From NCBI RefSeq assembly GCF_009914755.1, contig NC_060936.1: a stretch of DNA of 64,000 nt. One strand, written 5' to 3'. Origin of the DNA: the human T2T-CHM13v2.0 reference genome, Homo sapiens. Under the pieces are notes generated by a model that saw only the letters and a program-made list of their open reading frames with translations, did no database searches and was not told the DNA's origin. The first letter of the stretch is position 1. Each line of letters begins with the position of its first letter. The position numbers and the translations under genes were made by a program. This document shows positions 1 to 15,321 of the stretch, one piece after another.

Positions 1-513
1 GGGGTTTGCCGAGGATTCCTGACACTGAGGATAGCAGCTTGTTCTGCCCCAGCAATTTCTGTCTCCTCCTTTACAACATTTATCTTTATGAAAGAGAAGA
101 GCAGGCTTCCCTTTACAATCTCTCCTGCTTTCTTCCCCCACCAACCCAGGGAGCCAGCAGGCATGAAAAACTTTCCCTCCATTGAATAAATATAAACAAG
201 CTTATTTACCGTCAGTTTACCATCTGCGTAGACCGCAACTCTCTCTCTCTCTGAAGAGATTTAAATGGTATTCCATGTCCTTCATGTGACTTAGTAACTC
301 ATATCTGAGCAAGGTTGAAGTGGGAGTTTTTCTGAAGTAGAATTGGTTCTAGAGCCTAGATACTGAACACCCTGTTCCTCCCCAGTCAGGAAAATGCCAT
401 CTGTTACATTACATTGCAGTCTTTAAAATAAAAGTACTACTTTTACTTGCCACTCACTTACCTTGCTTTTGAATATTTTAAGACATAGAAGGATGAAATT
501 AATAACAAGGGCA

Positions 514-840
<327 letters not shown>

Positions 841-3429
841 TTACATATGTGATTGGCACAGACACTAAAGGGAAGGGCACTAAGAAATTGTTATGCACAT
901 AGGGCATCTAAGGAAAGATGAACAAAAGAAGTTTTAAAAATGCTAAAATGATCAAACGGGCAATCCACCCCGCCCAGTGTTCGGAGGTTGCAAGGCAGGG
1001 ATAACCCCCGGTTGGGGATGGGGGATGGGGCAAGCGTGCAAGCATCAACTGTTGCTCCGTATGAATAAAATTGCATTGACTTTACAGACATCCTCTCACT
1101 TCTGGATACAGTTAGGCTGTTCAGAGACAACTGTGGGGATTGAAGAACTTGATTAAATCTAATAAGTATTTATTGAGCACCAACAATAGTGGGGTCAAGA
1201 AATAATGGAAGACATTGTTGCATTCTGGGCAGCAGGAAGAAGGTTTCGTGGAGGGGATGGCCATAATGCCACCACGGTTGTGATTCAGATATGAGATGGT
1301 GACAGCACAAAAGAGAGCCAAGAGGAAAACACGAGACACATTTCAAAGGAAAAATCCATACGACTTAGTGATTGGTTAGATGGAGGGCATTATTAGACAT
1401 TCCCTGGGGGCAGAGTCTGTGCCCTTGACATGCCACAATGGTTAATGTGGTACCTACCATGTTTGTAGCCAATGTGCTTTGAATGAAATTGAGTTAAAGA
1501 TGATTGTTATGCTGGGAGAAATGTGGTACTATTAATAAGATTACAGGGTAAAGACATAATGGTAGTGATTTTTTTTTATTTTTTTAAAGGAAGATTATGG
1601 GCCTCATTTTGAAAAAAAAAACACTTAAGGTAATGATGGTCATCCAACATTAATTATCTAGCTAGCTGACTGAAATTCTGGGGAGTGCTTGAAAAGCATT
1701 CCTGTATTCAGTGAGTATTTCTTTATTTCTTTAGTTTTGAAACTCCCAAAGAATTGATTCTGTTTTCTACTAACTTTTTTTTTTGTTCTGTCTTTGCTTC
1801 ACTCTTTCAAAAGCAGTTGGAAGGCTCTCAGTTAGTATCCAAATTAATGTTGTCCATACAAATTGCCTGAATTTGGAGTAATGACAGCCACTCATAATGG
1901 GGGATATTTTTGAAATATCCTAATGAGATTGTCTCTGTTATATTTTCTTTATTTTTCCAGAAGCACTCATTTGCCTTGAGAAGATTTAGGAACATTATAG
2001 AAGGAATACAAAGGGATAGGAGGCTTAGTATTTAGCCTCTGATATCAAAATAGGATTTTCAAACAGACAACAGTCATGTAAGCCAGATTTTGCTGAGAAA
2101 GAGTTTTCTAAATCTCTTTACCATCAGCTACCAAGAGTAAGCTAGGAGGATTCAAATCATATATATATATATATATATTTTTCTTAGTGCAGAGAGAATA
2201 GCTCTTCCTTTCAGGACAGCCAGGCTATGGGGGTGGCTAATGAAGGAGAGAAGAGGATATGACATAGAGGAAGGAGTAGGTCTAAGCCTGGCCCTTCTGA
2301 TCCAAGGAAAAGAAGACAAGGAGTTTGAGGATGTCAAATATCAAAGTTCTCACCCCTCTTTCCTATGCAAGTTTGAAAATTCAGCAGGTAAGGTTTTAGA
2401 AATATTTAGGTAGTTATGTGGAAGCAGAAGGATATTGGACTCATGCCTTCCTTTTCTGAGGGTTGCAGAGCAGGCTGTGGACCCTAGAAAATGCTCTAGC
2501 CTTTGAGCAACTGGTTCCTCCTCCCACGGATTTGACCTTAAAGACACAAATTCCCTATTGAGGGGTTCCAGAGGTGGAGAGAGAACTTGTAGAGAGGTGA
2601 CTTCTGAGCACCAAGGATTCAAGCAAAAATCATCTGAAGAGACAGTGCAAAGGAATGGACAGGACTAACCTCCTCTGTAGATTAAACAAAATATAACCCA
2701 GTGGACTCCCTGCATTCCCCCAATTCTCAACAATTACGGGGACTCATGAGGAAATCTGAAAAGCTATAGTGAAATTAAAAACCTGCATTTATTTGTACAC
2801 CTAAGTGTATACAATGTGAGTGAATATTCTTTGTACTATACAAAGTTAAAATTAGGAATTAAATGAGGATTGACTACAATAAATTATTCTGTTTCTCAGT
2901 GTAACTCTAGATCTAGAATAAAGCGGAACTAAGAAACTTGTCTTCAGATCTATGGCATTAATTCCGATAGCTCTAAGTAAGAACTGTCCTAAGCCCTTAA
3001 TAGAACATCTTCCTCCAATGATATTAAAGTAGACTTCATAATATAGTGCTATTTTAAGAGTCTTCATGTATTTTCTGAGATCCAAACAATTGGATTGATT
3101 GCCACTATTGAAATCGTTTCAAGTAACAAAGCATTATAAAGAAAATCTATACAAACATCCTTGAATTATATGCTTCACCTCTTGTTCTTTAATCATCTAT
3201 TGTCATTACTCTAATTTTTCCCTGTGGTATATGATTTGCTAATTCTAAGTAAGCTAGAGGAAATTTGCATTAATTCAGAATCTGATATTTTGTGTTTTGG
3301 AATTCATTGAATAAATACTTACTGAGCAAGTTCTTCTTCCCAGTTAGGTATTTCTCTCCCCATCCATAACCCTGCTTAGCAGTTGAATGGGGGAGATTGA
3401 GAGGAACAGCTTTGCCCATTCAATAATGC

Positions 3430-3645
3430 AAGTAATAATAAATGTAAGTGCTCATCATTTGTCAAGCATGGTATGTAATTATAATTACTTTGTATAAATT
3501 ATCACATTTCACCATCATAGTAACTCTACAAATAGGGATTGTTTTAATCCTCATTTTATGAATGAGAAAACTGAGACTTAGAGAGATTAAGTAAATTGGT
3601 CAAAAATCATATAGTTAGTAAGTGATAGTGATGAGATTCAAACCC
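3430..3645 (-). mobile_element. MIR
   Basis: Core cattttatgaatgagaaaactgagacttagagagattaagtaaatt. Confidence 0.7.
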
Positions 3646-3947
3646 TTCCCTTTAACAGGGTTCTTTGCCTCCCTCTGCTATTTTGGGATGATGCTGTGGG
3701 CTCTCCTTCATGTCCTCTAGAATACAGAGGTCACTTTTAGCCTGAGTTTAGGTCTAGAAAGTAAGGTCAAATCAGAAGCAGAGGTGGGTTACTCAGTAAA
3801 TGAGTATGTATATAAATAAATGTGTGTGTGTATACATTTTTGAATTTGCCATTGTAATAGCTATAACACTGCTGACATTTTCCTAATAGTTTTGGTTCAT
3901 TAATTTCTAGTTACTTCAAACTTCATCAGGCAGCTGTCCTGTTGAAC

Positions 3948-4430
3948 AACCGTTCTCAAACAATAGTTTGGTGACCCCTGGAGGTCCCTGAGACCCTTCT
4001 AGGGGGTTTACAAAGGCAAAACTGTATTCTTAATAATACTAAAAATTGTTTGCCCTTTTTAATGTGTACAGTGGAATTTTTCCAGAGACTGCTTGATATG
4101 TTCTACTAAACACAATGAATACTGAAGGAGTTATGAGAATCTAGCTATCTTCTAATCATTCTAGAGATTTACAAATATTTAGAATAATGCCCCTGTTTTC
4201 CCTATTTTTTTTTTTGTCAAAGAACTATAGTTATTTTTCATCAAAGTATTTATGTGGGTTTATAATTTTGTTTTTAAATGAATTAATAAATATTTTAAAA
4301 GATCTCAGTTTTAACTTTTAATACAATAAGTATCAATAGATATAATTCACATAAACAAAATATCTTTGAGCTCCTTAGTAATTCTTAAGAACATAAAGAG
4401 TTCCTAAAACCTAACTTTTTGGGACTGTTG
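3948..4430 (+). mobile_element. hAT-Charlie family DNA transposon remnant
   Basis: Starts gttctcaaa...gacccctggaggtccctgagacccttctagggg and ends with a degenerate Charlie-like terminus. Subfamily not assigned. Confidence 0.6.
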
Positions 4431-4649
4431 GAATAGAGGAAGGAATCCTGGAATTGGCATCAGAAGCCAAGGCTTCACCTCTACCATTTGTCGCCTCTGT
4501 GATGTAGGGGAAGCCATCTAAACATGCCAACCTTAATTTTCTCACTGATAGCAGTGAGAGGATAGTAGCACATACCTGCCTCCTAGGTGTAGACCATATG
4601 CAATAATGTGTGCAAAGTCACCCCATTCATGAGAGTCTCTTATAATTTC

Positions 4650-4750
4650 ATTTTATTTTTGTTATTATTTTTTGAAATGGGGGTCTCACTATTGTTGCTC
4701 AGGCTGGTATTGAACTCCTGGCTTCAAACCATCCTCCTGCCTCAGCCTCT
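4650..4750 (-). mobile_element. FLAM / Alu monomer fragment
   Basis: T-rich tail then atgggggtctcact..gttgctcaggctgg..ttgaactcctgg...cctcagcctc. Confidence 0.8.
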
Positions 4751-5342
4751 CGAATGGATATAATATTTGATGGGTAATAGATTCTGCTTATTCAGCGTAA
4801 AGTATACATTCACCTTAGAATTTTTTAAATGTGTATGAAAATAATTCAAGCATATGGTAAAAATGTTGAATATTCCAGAAGGACTTTTTGTGGAAAAGTC
4901 TCCTAGCCTTTACCCCGTCACTCCCGCTCCCTGGAGGTAAATATCCACCCTTGCTCACTGCTGTTTTCAGTTCCTTAGGTAGTTACCATCACAACTCTGC
5001 ATAATAGGCTCATTTCTCTGTTTCTCGATGAGCATTTTTAGACTGTGTCTAACAAGTCTCTGATGCGAAAGATGAGGATATAACTCATTTGTATTATATT
5101 ATCTCCTATTAGATGCTAATCTATGATTTTTAATAGAAATAAAGTAATTTTCAATAAACGGCATTTGCATTGCTGTGACTTTGTAAATAATGTGGCCTGC
5201 ATGTTCTTCTCTATTGGCTCTACGCCAAGATTAATCTTTGTGCCACTTGGAGACGGTTTCCCACATAAAATACAAATGTGTTTTCAGAATATCCTCAAAA
5301 ACACTTGTTTTTAATCATTCTGTTACATGGAATCCACTTTCT

Positions 5343-5409
5343 CTCTCTTTTTTTTTTTTTGAAACGGAGTCTTGCTCTGTCGCCAGGCTGGAGTGCAGTG
5401 GCGCGATTA
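5343..5409 (-). mobile_element. Extremely 5'-truncated Alu (AluSc-like 3' end)
   Basis: Poly-T plus ~48 nt of the Alu right-arm end, flanked by 13-bp TSD gaatccactttct (5330-5342 / 5410-5422). Confidence 0.85.
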
Positions 5410-7055
5410 GAATCCACTTTCTTTACAGATCTCTCTCTCTCTCTGTCTGTCTTTCCCCATGAATCATCTATCTATTGTTCCAATCTCCTATGTTGATTAG
5501 CTTCCAATTTTTATTTTATAGATACAATATCTTTATCAACAGCCCTGAGGAGAGTAAAGACAATTTTTTAACTAGCTCTCTTCTGTTTGCTGAATTCTCC
5601 CCATTCCCTTTGAGGGCTCTTTGTTTTGATCCTTCTGTTTTGTGCTGTTGATTTGATTTATACATTTCGTGACCCTTCACTGCCTATTTGTACTTAGACA
5701 CAGGGACAGGATATAATGGCTGACGGGCTTCTGGGTGATTTCCAACTTCCAGAACTGGGAAACTTTACTCTGGGGTGTGAACTGCCATTCTAGGAGTGTC
5801 TGTGTGTTTCCTTTCTTTAGAAAAGAGCGTGGGGACAAATGTCAGGGTGGCCTGTAAGGGTGTCGTTCTGCATTTAAGAGTGGAAGTAGTGGTGGTGGGT
5901 GCAACTGTTCTCTAAATAGATCTCTAATGAAGTCCCCAGGTTTCAGGTCCACCTTTGAACTTTGCCCTCTGTAACTACAGATTCAGCCACTCCTGGGAAC
6001 CCTGGTGCATCCCTACTCTGGAGCCTTTCTTTTTGGGGATATCCAGGGCCTCTTCTGCTATCATGCTCTTTTTCTTTTTCCATTGTCCAGATATTTGCTG
6101 ATCTCTTTCATATGCTGATATCTTCTTTGCTTTCTCCTTACTCTTATAGGTTTCTTCTTTTTTCTCTTCCTGTTTTACTACTTTATGACCATTTCTATAG
6201 GGTTTCAGGAAGGAAGGTAGGCAAATACATATGTTCAATCATCGTCTTTTATAAGAAGCCTGTGGTATTTCTCTTAGAAAGCTATTTTAATCATTGATTG
6301 ACAAGCCATTGTATCTTCAAATTTTATATTTCAAGGAATTTGGAAAGTAAATCTCTATGCATTAAAATATATTGCCCTTACCATTTTTCTTATTTCGTTT
6401 ATTACGTCAACTGTGGCTTACGTGGATGATTAAACTTAAATAGTGTCTTCAAGGATGAATGAAGCAATGAAGATTTATTTAAACAATACCATAAAACTAC
6501 TAGACAAGGAAAAATTCATTTGCAGCCATCTCCAAAACTCAAAGAAATATGTGATACATGAGATTTCTATATTAAGTTTATAAATTTTTTAAGTGAACCA
6601 TCCTATGACATGGAAGGCAAGCTTGCCTGGCTAAAAGCATCCCAGGGAGGAAATGGCCAGGGTTTCGTCAGTCACCAAGAAGATAAATACACCCTGCTTA
6701 AACCCAGTAAAGGTGAAAAATAAATCAGGAAACTTCTTTGCGGTAGCCATGAGAAATGTTAGGCATTATTTGAAGGTCAAACTCACACTTTCAAGGCATC
6801 ATCACTAACTTATACAAGCCTGATCTCTAAAGACTATCTTGGTTAAATATTGATCATGCTTCAAGCTCCACTTAAACTGCAAATACTGACCACATCTACC
6901 TATTTTTCTCATTATCAGCTTTATTGAAGTATGATTGTCATGTAATACACTGCACATATTTAAAGTGTAAAGTTTGGTAAGTTTTCCCATCACCTTCTAA
7001 AATTTTCTTGTGTCCCTTAGTAATCCCTACCTCCTTCCCCATCCTGCTACCCACG

Positions 7056-7113
7056 CTTCCTTCCTTCCTTCCTTCCTTCCTTCCCTTCCTTCCTTCCTTC
7101 CTTCCTTCCTTTC
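7056..7113. repeat. (TTCC)n microsatellite in the Alu tail
   Basis: Read directly. Confidence 0.95.
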
Positions 7114-7425
<312 letters not shown>

Positions 7426-8404
7426 TGATCTACTTTCTGCCTCTATAGATTAGTTTGCGTTTTCTAGGATTTTATACAAATGGAATCACTAGATGTATTT
7501 TTTTGTTTGTTTTTGGTCTGGCTTTTTTCCCTCAGAATGATTATTTTGCAATCCAGCCATGGGTTTGTTTCCATGTTAGGGATATTACAAATAAAGTTGC
7601 TATGAACATTTGCCTACAAATCTTCATTTGTGGGTGTAGGCTTTTACTTATCCTGGGCGAGGTCATATGATAGACGTCTTTAACTTTTTAAGAAATTACC
7701 AAACTCTTTTCCGAAGTGGGTGTAGCATTTTGTATGCCTACTAGCAGCGTGTGACAACTGCAGTTTCTCTACATCCTCACCAACACTTGAAATGCCCAGT
7801 CTTTTCAATTTTAGCTATTCCCATACCTATGAAGTGACACCTCGTTGTGATTTAATTTGCATTTTCCTAATGACCAATGATACTGAACATTTTCTCAGGT
7901 GCTTATTTGCCATGTATCTTCTCTTGTGAAGTGTCTGTCCAAATCTTTTCCATTTTTTATTGGATTATTTGTGTTTTGATTACTGAGTTGGAGAGTTCTT
8001 TATATATTCTGGATACAAGTTCTTTATCAATATGTGATTTGTAAATATTTTCTCCCAGTCTATAGATCACCATTTCATTCTCTTGCCAGGTAGCTAATTT
8101 TATTTTTTTGTGATTTTTATGGGAATTTTTATGTTTTAAACAATGATAATAGTCATATTTATAATTAGCATATTCAGGAATCTATTTGTTTTAAAGAGCT
8201 ATACAGAAAAGCTGAGGTGATGCCAAAATTTTAGCTCAATAAACCAACATTTGAAAAAAGCAGTTCACTTCAACTGTGAGATATGAATCTATAATGGGAA
8301 ATACAATTCTATGGAATTCACAGAGCTTACTTGTTAAAAATAAAAAAAATTACAAAAACTGTAATTCTAATGGGCTTAAAAAGCAAATTCAATTCCGAGT
8401 ATAA

Positions 8405-8715
<311 letters not shown>

Positions 8716-10744
8716 TATTCTGAGTTTCTTAAATTGCAAAAAATATTTCAAATGTAGTATTTCTTTTAGCTCTCTCGGTTTCTGTCTGTCTCTCTTCACG
8801 TAGATATTTTAGCCTGAATTATTCTAATGAAATAATTTATTCAGCCACTCTATCTTTCAACCTTTTATAGATAGAAGACTCATAATCATCAGATTGCCAT
8901 AGAATATTTGATTATGTGAGTCACATTCAGTAGTAATGAAAGGGGAGACTATGAGAGATGGCCCTAAACCTTTTACAAGGCCCTCTAAATCCTTAAAGCG
9001 GTATCAAAAGTCTGCTAAATTTACTTCTGGAATTAAGACAAACTCTAAATAAAGATGTTCAAACACTGTGTGTTAAAGCCAGCAAGCACCCTAGACTTGC
9101 TTATGCCTTTTCTGCAGTCAATGGGAGGCTGTGCGTCACTGTACAGCTCCACTCACTAACTTCTTTATCAAAAATCTTCTCCCTTATTTCTTCTCTTCTC
9201 AAGTGCTTGCACCAATTAAAAATATTCTTCCAAAAATAGTTGAGATTTACATGTTCTAGATATTCTTTGGAAGTAGCGACTTTGTCCTCTAACATGGAAA
9301 CATCGTCTCCCCCAGTTGCTGAAGTCAGATAGATACTTGGGCACAGTTTTCTTTCTTCTCTCATTCCCAATTCTACCCCCATTTCAAGCCATCATCGTGC
9401 CTCTGCTGGTTGAGTACAGCAACCTCCCTCTTGATGTACCTGCCTCCGTTCTCTTCCTCCATCAGTCCATTATTCACACTGTTGCCAAGTGATATTTTCA
9501 AAATATAAATCCAAACACATTACTTTCCTGATCAAATATTTGCCATAGCTTTTTATTACCTTAAGAATAAAGTCCAAATTTTTTAGTGGGACTTTGCAAG
9601 GTTTTCCTTGTTGGACTTTATTCTTAAGGTAATAACAATACGAGAAGAGAGGGAGATAGAAAGAAAAAAAGTTCAGAATACAAAATGAGCAAAGCTGAAT
9701 GATTGAATGGATATAGGGTTGTGGTGAGGATCCAATGAGATGATTTAATTAAAAGGGATTTGTGAGACATAAAACACTATTTTAAGGCTACTATTATATT
9801 ATTATTCCCACCTGTCTCTCAGTGAATCTCTGAGGATTACTGAATACCAGAATTTCACTTTTAAGTGTTGTGTTATTCCAGCCTAGGCTCCTGAAACCCT
9901 CGGACATGGTGCTGGTTGCTACATGGCTCTAGACACTCAGATAAATCTTGGACCCCTGGACACCTTCGTCTGCATCCCCAGTGCTTAGAGGTGTAACCTT
10001 GAACAGTCATGCTGCCCAGTGTTCAGTAAGTCAGGGTCATTCTGGGAGAGGAACTGTGAAGGTGGCGGAAGTTCCCCAGGCATCACACATGACTCAGACC
10101 CATTCTGCCCCACCTGTAGCTTCCCCTCCCATCAAGGAGCTCCTTGTTTTTGCCTCCTCTTGTTGTACTTACTGTGGAGGGCCGTGGAAGCCTTTGAGGA
10201 CCAGAAGTCTTGAGGCGATAGGTTCTACTCGTGAATCCTTTGAATGCAAGGAACAGAAATCCTAGAAACTGGGAACTAGAAAAATCAGCAGCTGGAGCTA
10301 GTCTGGAGATCCTAAGTGTCATATGATCTGTCTGACATCTGCATCTGACAGAGTGCTCTGATCTTCTGTGCCGGCTGGCTCTTTACACACTCATCATGCA
10401 CAGGACCCTGCATGGCACCCTCCAGTTCTATATCTCTCACGTGTATCATGACTGCTCATCTCTAACGTCCACTAACGACAGCCCTAGTTGTTCATTTCCA
10501 ATTCCATATATTCTCATATGAATGGTCCAAATTGTCATTTGACTAAGGCCCCCAAGTCTAAGCTCACTGACTGGCCTATGGGTCAGGTCACCTGGGTTAG
10601 GTATTCACCAGCTACCCAATTACTTGAGGCCGCAAAATACAAGGTCATGTGTTTTGATGCTCACTTAGTAGGCACTAGAGTGAGAATTCTTCAAGAAAGC
10701 AATGTGACTAGGGCAACCATAATTCACATCCCTAATAACTGAGA

Positions 10745-11000
10745 AGCAACAGAGTGTAGCACTGAAAAGCGTAGACTCTGAAGCCAGACCACGTTGTTCA
10801 GACTTGGCTTCACCAGGTAACCTTGGGTAAATTATTTAACTTCTCCGTGTGCTTTGGTTTCCTCATCTGTTGAATGGAGATTATAATAGTACCCATCTCA
10901 TAGTGTTATTATAAGGACTAAATGTATGTGTGTGTGTGTGTGTATGTGTGTAAGCCCTTCATGTTTAGTAAAAAATATATATAAGTGCTAGTAATCATTA
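10745..11000 (+). mobile_element. MIR with internal (TG)n
   Basis: ccttgggtaaattatttaacttctc...tttcctcatctgttgaatggagattataatagtacc. Confidence 0.75.
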
Positions 11001-11454
11001 TAGGGATGGAAATCTGAAGCACAGAATAAGGTAAATTAAGAAGGGTTGTAGATGACTGGTTGTATAATAGCTGCCTGGATAGAGGGTGAAATTCAGCTAA
11101 AGTAGAGAGGGGTGGGGAACAAAAGCAAATATGTGAACACAGTAAGAATGAATTCAGAATTCATCAGTTGAAATTTGGGGGGCAGAGATATGGGAGGGGT
11201 TAGGGACATAGGAGAGCAAAAAGGAACAGAGTGGGTCTGGCTTAGGTGCAGACACGTGCCTCAGCAGCACAGACACAAGAAGCTTGGATATGCCCTTGTG
11301 GTCACAGCATCTTCTAAATGGGTCTTCAGCAACTCTGGCCCCTGGTCTGTTCCCCCAGCAAGAGCAGCTGGTCTAGGATAAAAACCTGAAAGCTTCCTGA
11401 GGAGTTTAAAGATATATTCTCTTGAGATATGATGTTACTATAGATATCTAGACT

Positions 11455-11920
11455 AGATTAATTCATTAAATCATTCACTTATAGAGTAGTCATTTGGCAC
11501 TCACCATGGGCCAGTCTATGCTGGGGGGTACAGCAATAAACAGAGCTCAGCACCCCACAGCTTACAGTGTAGGAGGGAACATAATATCCCATGAAGGATG
11601 GACAATGACGGGAAGACTTGCAAAGGAGAAGCAAAGTTGAAGCCCTGGGAAAGGGCTGAAGGAGCAGAGCTGACCTAGGCTATGGGTCAATCAAGGTAGG
11701 CTTCCTGGAGGAAACTACAAAGGCTGAGTGGAGGAACACTGGGACGGGAAGAGGGGAGAAGAGCATCTCAGGCACAGAGAACTGTGTGTTCAAAGGCCTG
11801 ACAGCAAGAAGGAGAGCAGTGCTTGAGGAATGAAAGGATCCTAGTGTGGCTGGACAGGAGAAGGTGAGGGCGGAGGGGCCAGCAGGGCCATGCTGAGAGG
11901 CTGGTGCTTTTATACTTTGG
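11455..11920 (-). mobile_element. L2 fragment
   Basis: attcattaaatcattca end, ggcttcctggaggaa, caggcacagagaactgtgtgttcaaaggcctg. Confidence 0.6.
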
Positions 11921-14900
11921 GCAATGAGACTGAGCTTGTCACCCGCAGACTGGATGACTGGATCTCACTCAAACTGATGGATTTGACCTCTCCTGTTTTG
12001 CTGGGGACAGGAGCCAGGCACTCTGAAGGGGGAGTAGGGGTCACGGTACCATCAGGGCAGAGGAGAATTCAAGAGCAAGGTGGGTCTGTATCAAGAGCAA
12101 CTTCTTGAACTTCACAATTTTGCTTAGGGGCCTTGTATTCCTTAAACCACCACCAGGAAACCAAAGCTCTGCATGGATGTGTTTTCAGTTTTTCACAACT
12201 GCACCCCATACAGCCTCAGAAATCTCTATTTTACTGTCCCACCTTAGTTCCAAGTGCCTCCTAATAGGCCCTACAGAATGATGCCAGTGGACTACCTGAA
12301 AGTCATTAAAATGAAGCAAACACAATTTCATGTTTCTCTTAGTTTCAGGCTACCTCTTGAAGAGGCAACAGACACAACTGAGTAGTTTCTCTACAACCCT
12401 CACATATGTATACGGTGTTGCAGTATCTCTGATGATGCACATCACTTGGTAATTGAAACGCTCAAATGATAAATGATTGGCTTTTTATTTAGCTAGGCTT
12501 TTTTTTTTTTTTTTTTTTTTGCAGTGCCATAGTGAAATATTTACTTAGCCTGCTGTCTTTTTGTGTGAACAGGATACGGTTTGCCCTGGCTTGAGGATGT
12601 GCTCTGTGTTGTTTGCTCATGGCACTGTAGAGGACTGTTCCTCCAAGCACTTCCTTCTCTTCCACAACCCATCTTGAAACCAGAGAACCAGCAGGACTAA
12701 GGATGGAATTGAAAAAAGTTGATGAATTTATGTTTCATCTTCCATCTCTACTTCTTCTCCTGGAGGTGTGAACGAATAATGAAACTGCTAAGGAGAAAGG
12801 CAGCATGAAAGAAGGAGGCTGCACAATTGGACCTTGCAAATTCAAGATCTAGATCATTAGCTGCAAATCTGAGTTGGAGGTGCTGAATACTCATTCACAC
12901 GGTCGTGCTCATAGCAGCAGCGAGATTTTTTTTCTTGTCACGATGAACAGAGTGTCCTGACACCTTGAGACATTAGGTGCTTGCAGAACATAGTGTGAGG
13001 TGACAAGGGAAGGGACTTGCCCTTCACCTCCACACCACTCCAAAAAGCCCTACCATCGTGCAAAATTACATACACAATCTCATGCCACAAAATATAAACC
13101 AACCACTACATTTAAGAAATTCGATTTCTCCCCCTTAACTGTCCCCTGTGCTTTCTGAGCACATAGCATATTTTTCCCTAATCTTAAAATTTAGCTTTAA
13201 AGTTCACTGTTAAGGAACTAAGCAGTTTTTTAGTCAAGAGATATATGCTGGTTTAAGATACACAAAAACTTGAACAGTACTTGAGATCTTTTGAGAGGAA
13301 TGAGCAAGAAATCAGATATTTGCCTTTTCATCTTCTGTAGACTCATACAGCATCTTCTACATAGCTAGGGACTCAAGAATGTTGAATCTCCAAGCTAAAG
13401 CATCTATCAAATGTTATTTACATAAATAGAGCATATGGAGGGAAGCAAAAAAGTGGAGGGGTATTCAGAGAGGTGATAGCTCTGGAAAGGAAGAATAAAA
13501 AATTTCCAAGGAGGCAACAATTCCTACTGTCTGCCAGTCTGTCCAGGAGATTCACTAGACTGGCCACTCCAGTTCTCCCCAGTTCGGTTGTGCTCCAGGG
13601 AAGACAGTGTTAGAGGACAAGAAGCAGGCTGGAAAGAAAGTAGAATAATGCCCTTAGACTGCATGGAATCTCAAACAAGTTTTACTTTTGTGCTATGTAT
13701 ATAAGGAGATCTATTTTCTTTCTCACTGAGGTCGTATCAGTAGATAAACTGCGATCTCTGTGGAAATCTTTTTCCTTATTTTTAAAGTTTACTACTCATT
13801 TTTTTTTGTTCAAAGAAGCTGTTCTGAATAAAGTTACTCAATACAGTTGGAAAAACTGTCATTTGATCCACTTCTGTCTTTATCAGAATTCTGCGTTTTC
13901 TTCTCCTTGAACAGCAAAAATACTACTGTAAAACAAAATTATTATTTAGGAACAAAATCAGTTAACTTTCTGATTGTTGAAGGGAGATTGGTCAACAATG
14001 TTAGCTGTTTTCCACTGTCTTATTTTTAAGAACATGTAATATTATAGTTGTTTTCTCAGTGGTGGCTTAAAAAGGGAGCACGGTAAGAACTCATTCTAAA
14101 ACCACAATTTCTCTTGGTGCTATAGATCAGTTTACAAAAGGCAGTTCTGTAGGCAATGTTATCTAAAAACATATGACTGTGAAAACAGACACCAATTATG
14201 AATCAAAGTTTAGGCACTTTTGTCTTTTTCTTTCTTTTCTTTTTTTGGCTTTGTAGAATAATCTTAGCTGAGCTTGTCTAGTGAGATAAATCGACTGACA
14301 GAAACCAGTAAACTAAATGCAGCACGTTGATGCCTGTCATTAGAACACCTGTGAGTGGAGGATAGCACTGTGCAACTTAAAAACAGGAGGTCAAAGATTG
14401 CTTTTTAAGAAATGGAAACGTATATGTAGAAATAAATGTTGTCCTTTTCAAAGTATTGATAGTTGCTTTGGAAGACCTTCCACTCATACAGTCTTGCTAT
14501 TTCTCCATGTATTTTTGTTAGTTATTTTTTTTAGCATTGCTTTTAAACTCTGTGTGACACGTTATTTTGAATAGTCTATATGGGAGCCAATAGTATTCTT
14601 GAAGGATGGCTTTAGGCTTTGGAACAATTGACAGTTGTTTAGAGGTGAGTAAATCACGTGTCAGGATCAGAAGAGTTTAGTACTGGGAATGGGCTCTCCT
14701 GGATTTGAGTCCAGCACTGTCCTCTACTCGTAGTAAGACCACGGGTTAGTCAAACAACTGATGTGAGCCTCACTGGAGTCGTTACTCACTCATTCAGTCA
14801 GTCACTCAGTCATTCCATAGAGGTGTACTGAGCATTCACTATGGGGAGTGGATAACAGAAGATGAGGGATGGAGTGATTACCTCTGACTCCAAATTTCTG

Positions 14901-15140
14901 TCCTAGGTTGGTGATTAATCTTTTTTAAAAATAAAAATAACAGACTAAGTTTACACTAGCATTAAGTAATAAGAATGATATTATTTTGGATGGTTTTTAA
15001 ATCATCATTGATGACATTTTCCAAAGAAAATGTTTTGAGCGACTATAGTTTTAGTAAGTAAAAATTCAACTTTTTTAATTGACAAAGGTGAAGGACCAGG
15101 CTCATTTCAGGTGCATTAGTTTGGTATCTGGACCCCGTCT

Positions 15141-15208
15141 CCCTTCCCCTTCCCCTTCCCCTTCCCTTCCCTTCCCTTCCCTTCCCTTCCCTTCCCTTCC
15201 CTCCCCTC
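15141..15208. repeat. (CTTCC)n polypyrimidine microsatellite
   Basis: Read directly. Confidence 0.95.
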
Positions 15209-15321
15209 CAGTGGCTTGCAATCCTAGTCATGCAGCAAAATAATCTATGGCATCTTTGAAAAGTACTGAAAAATATGTAGAGGCTTTTAAATATGTGGAG
15301 TCTTTTAAAAGTACATACTTT

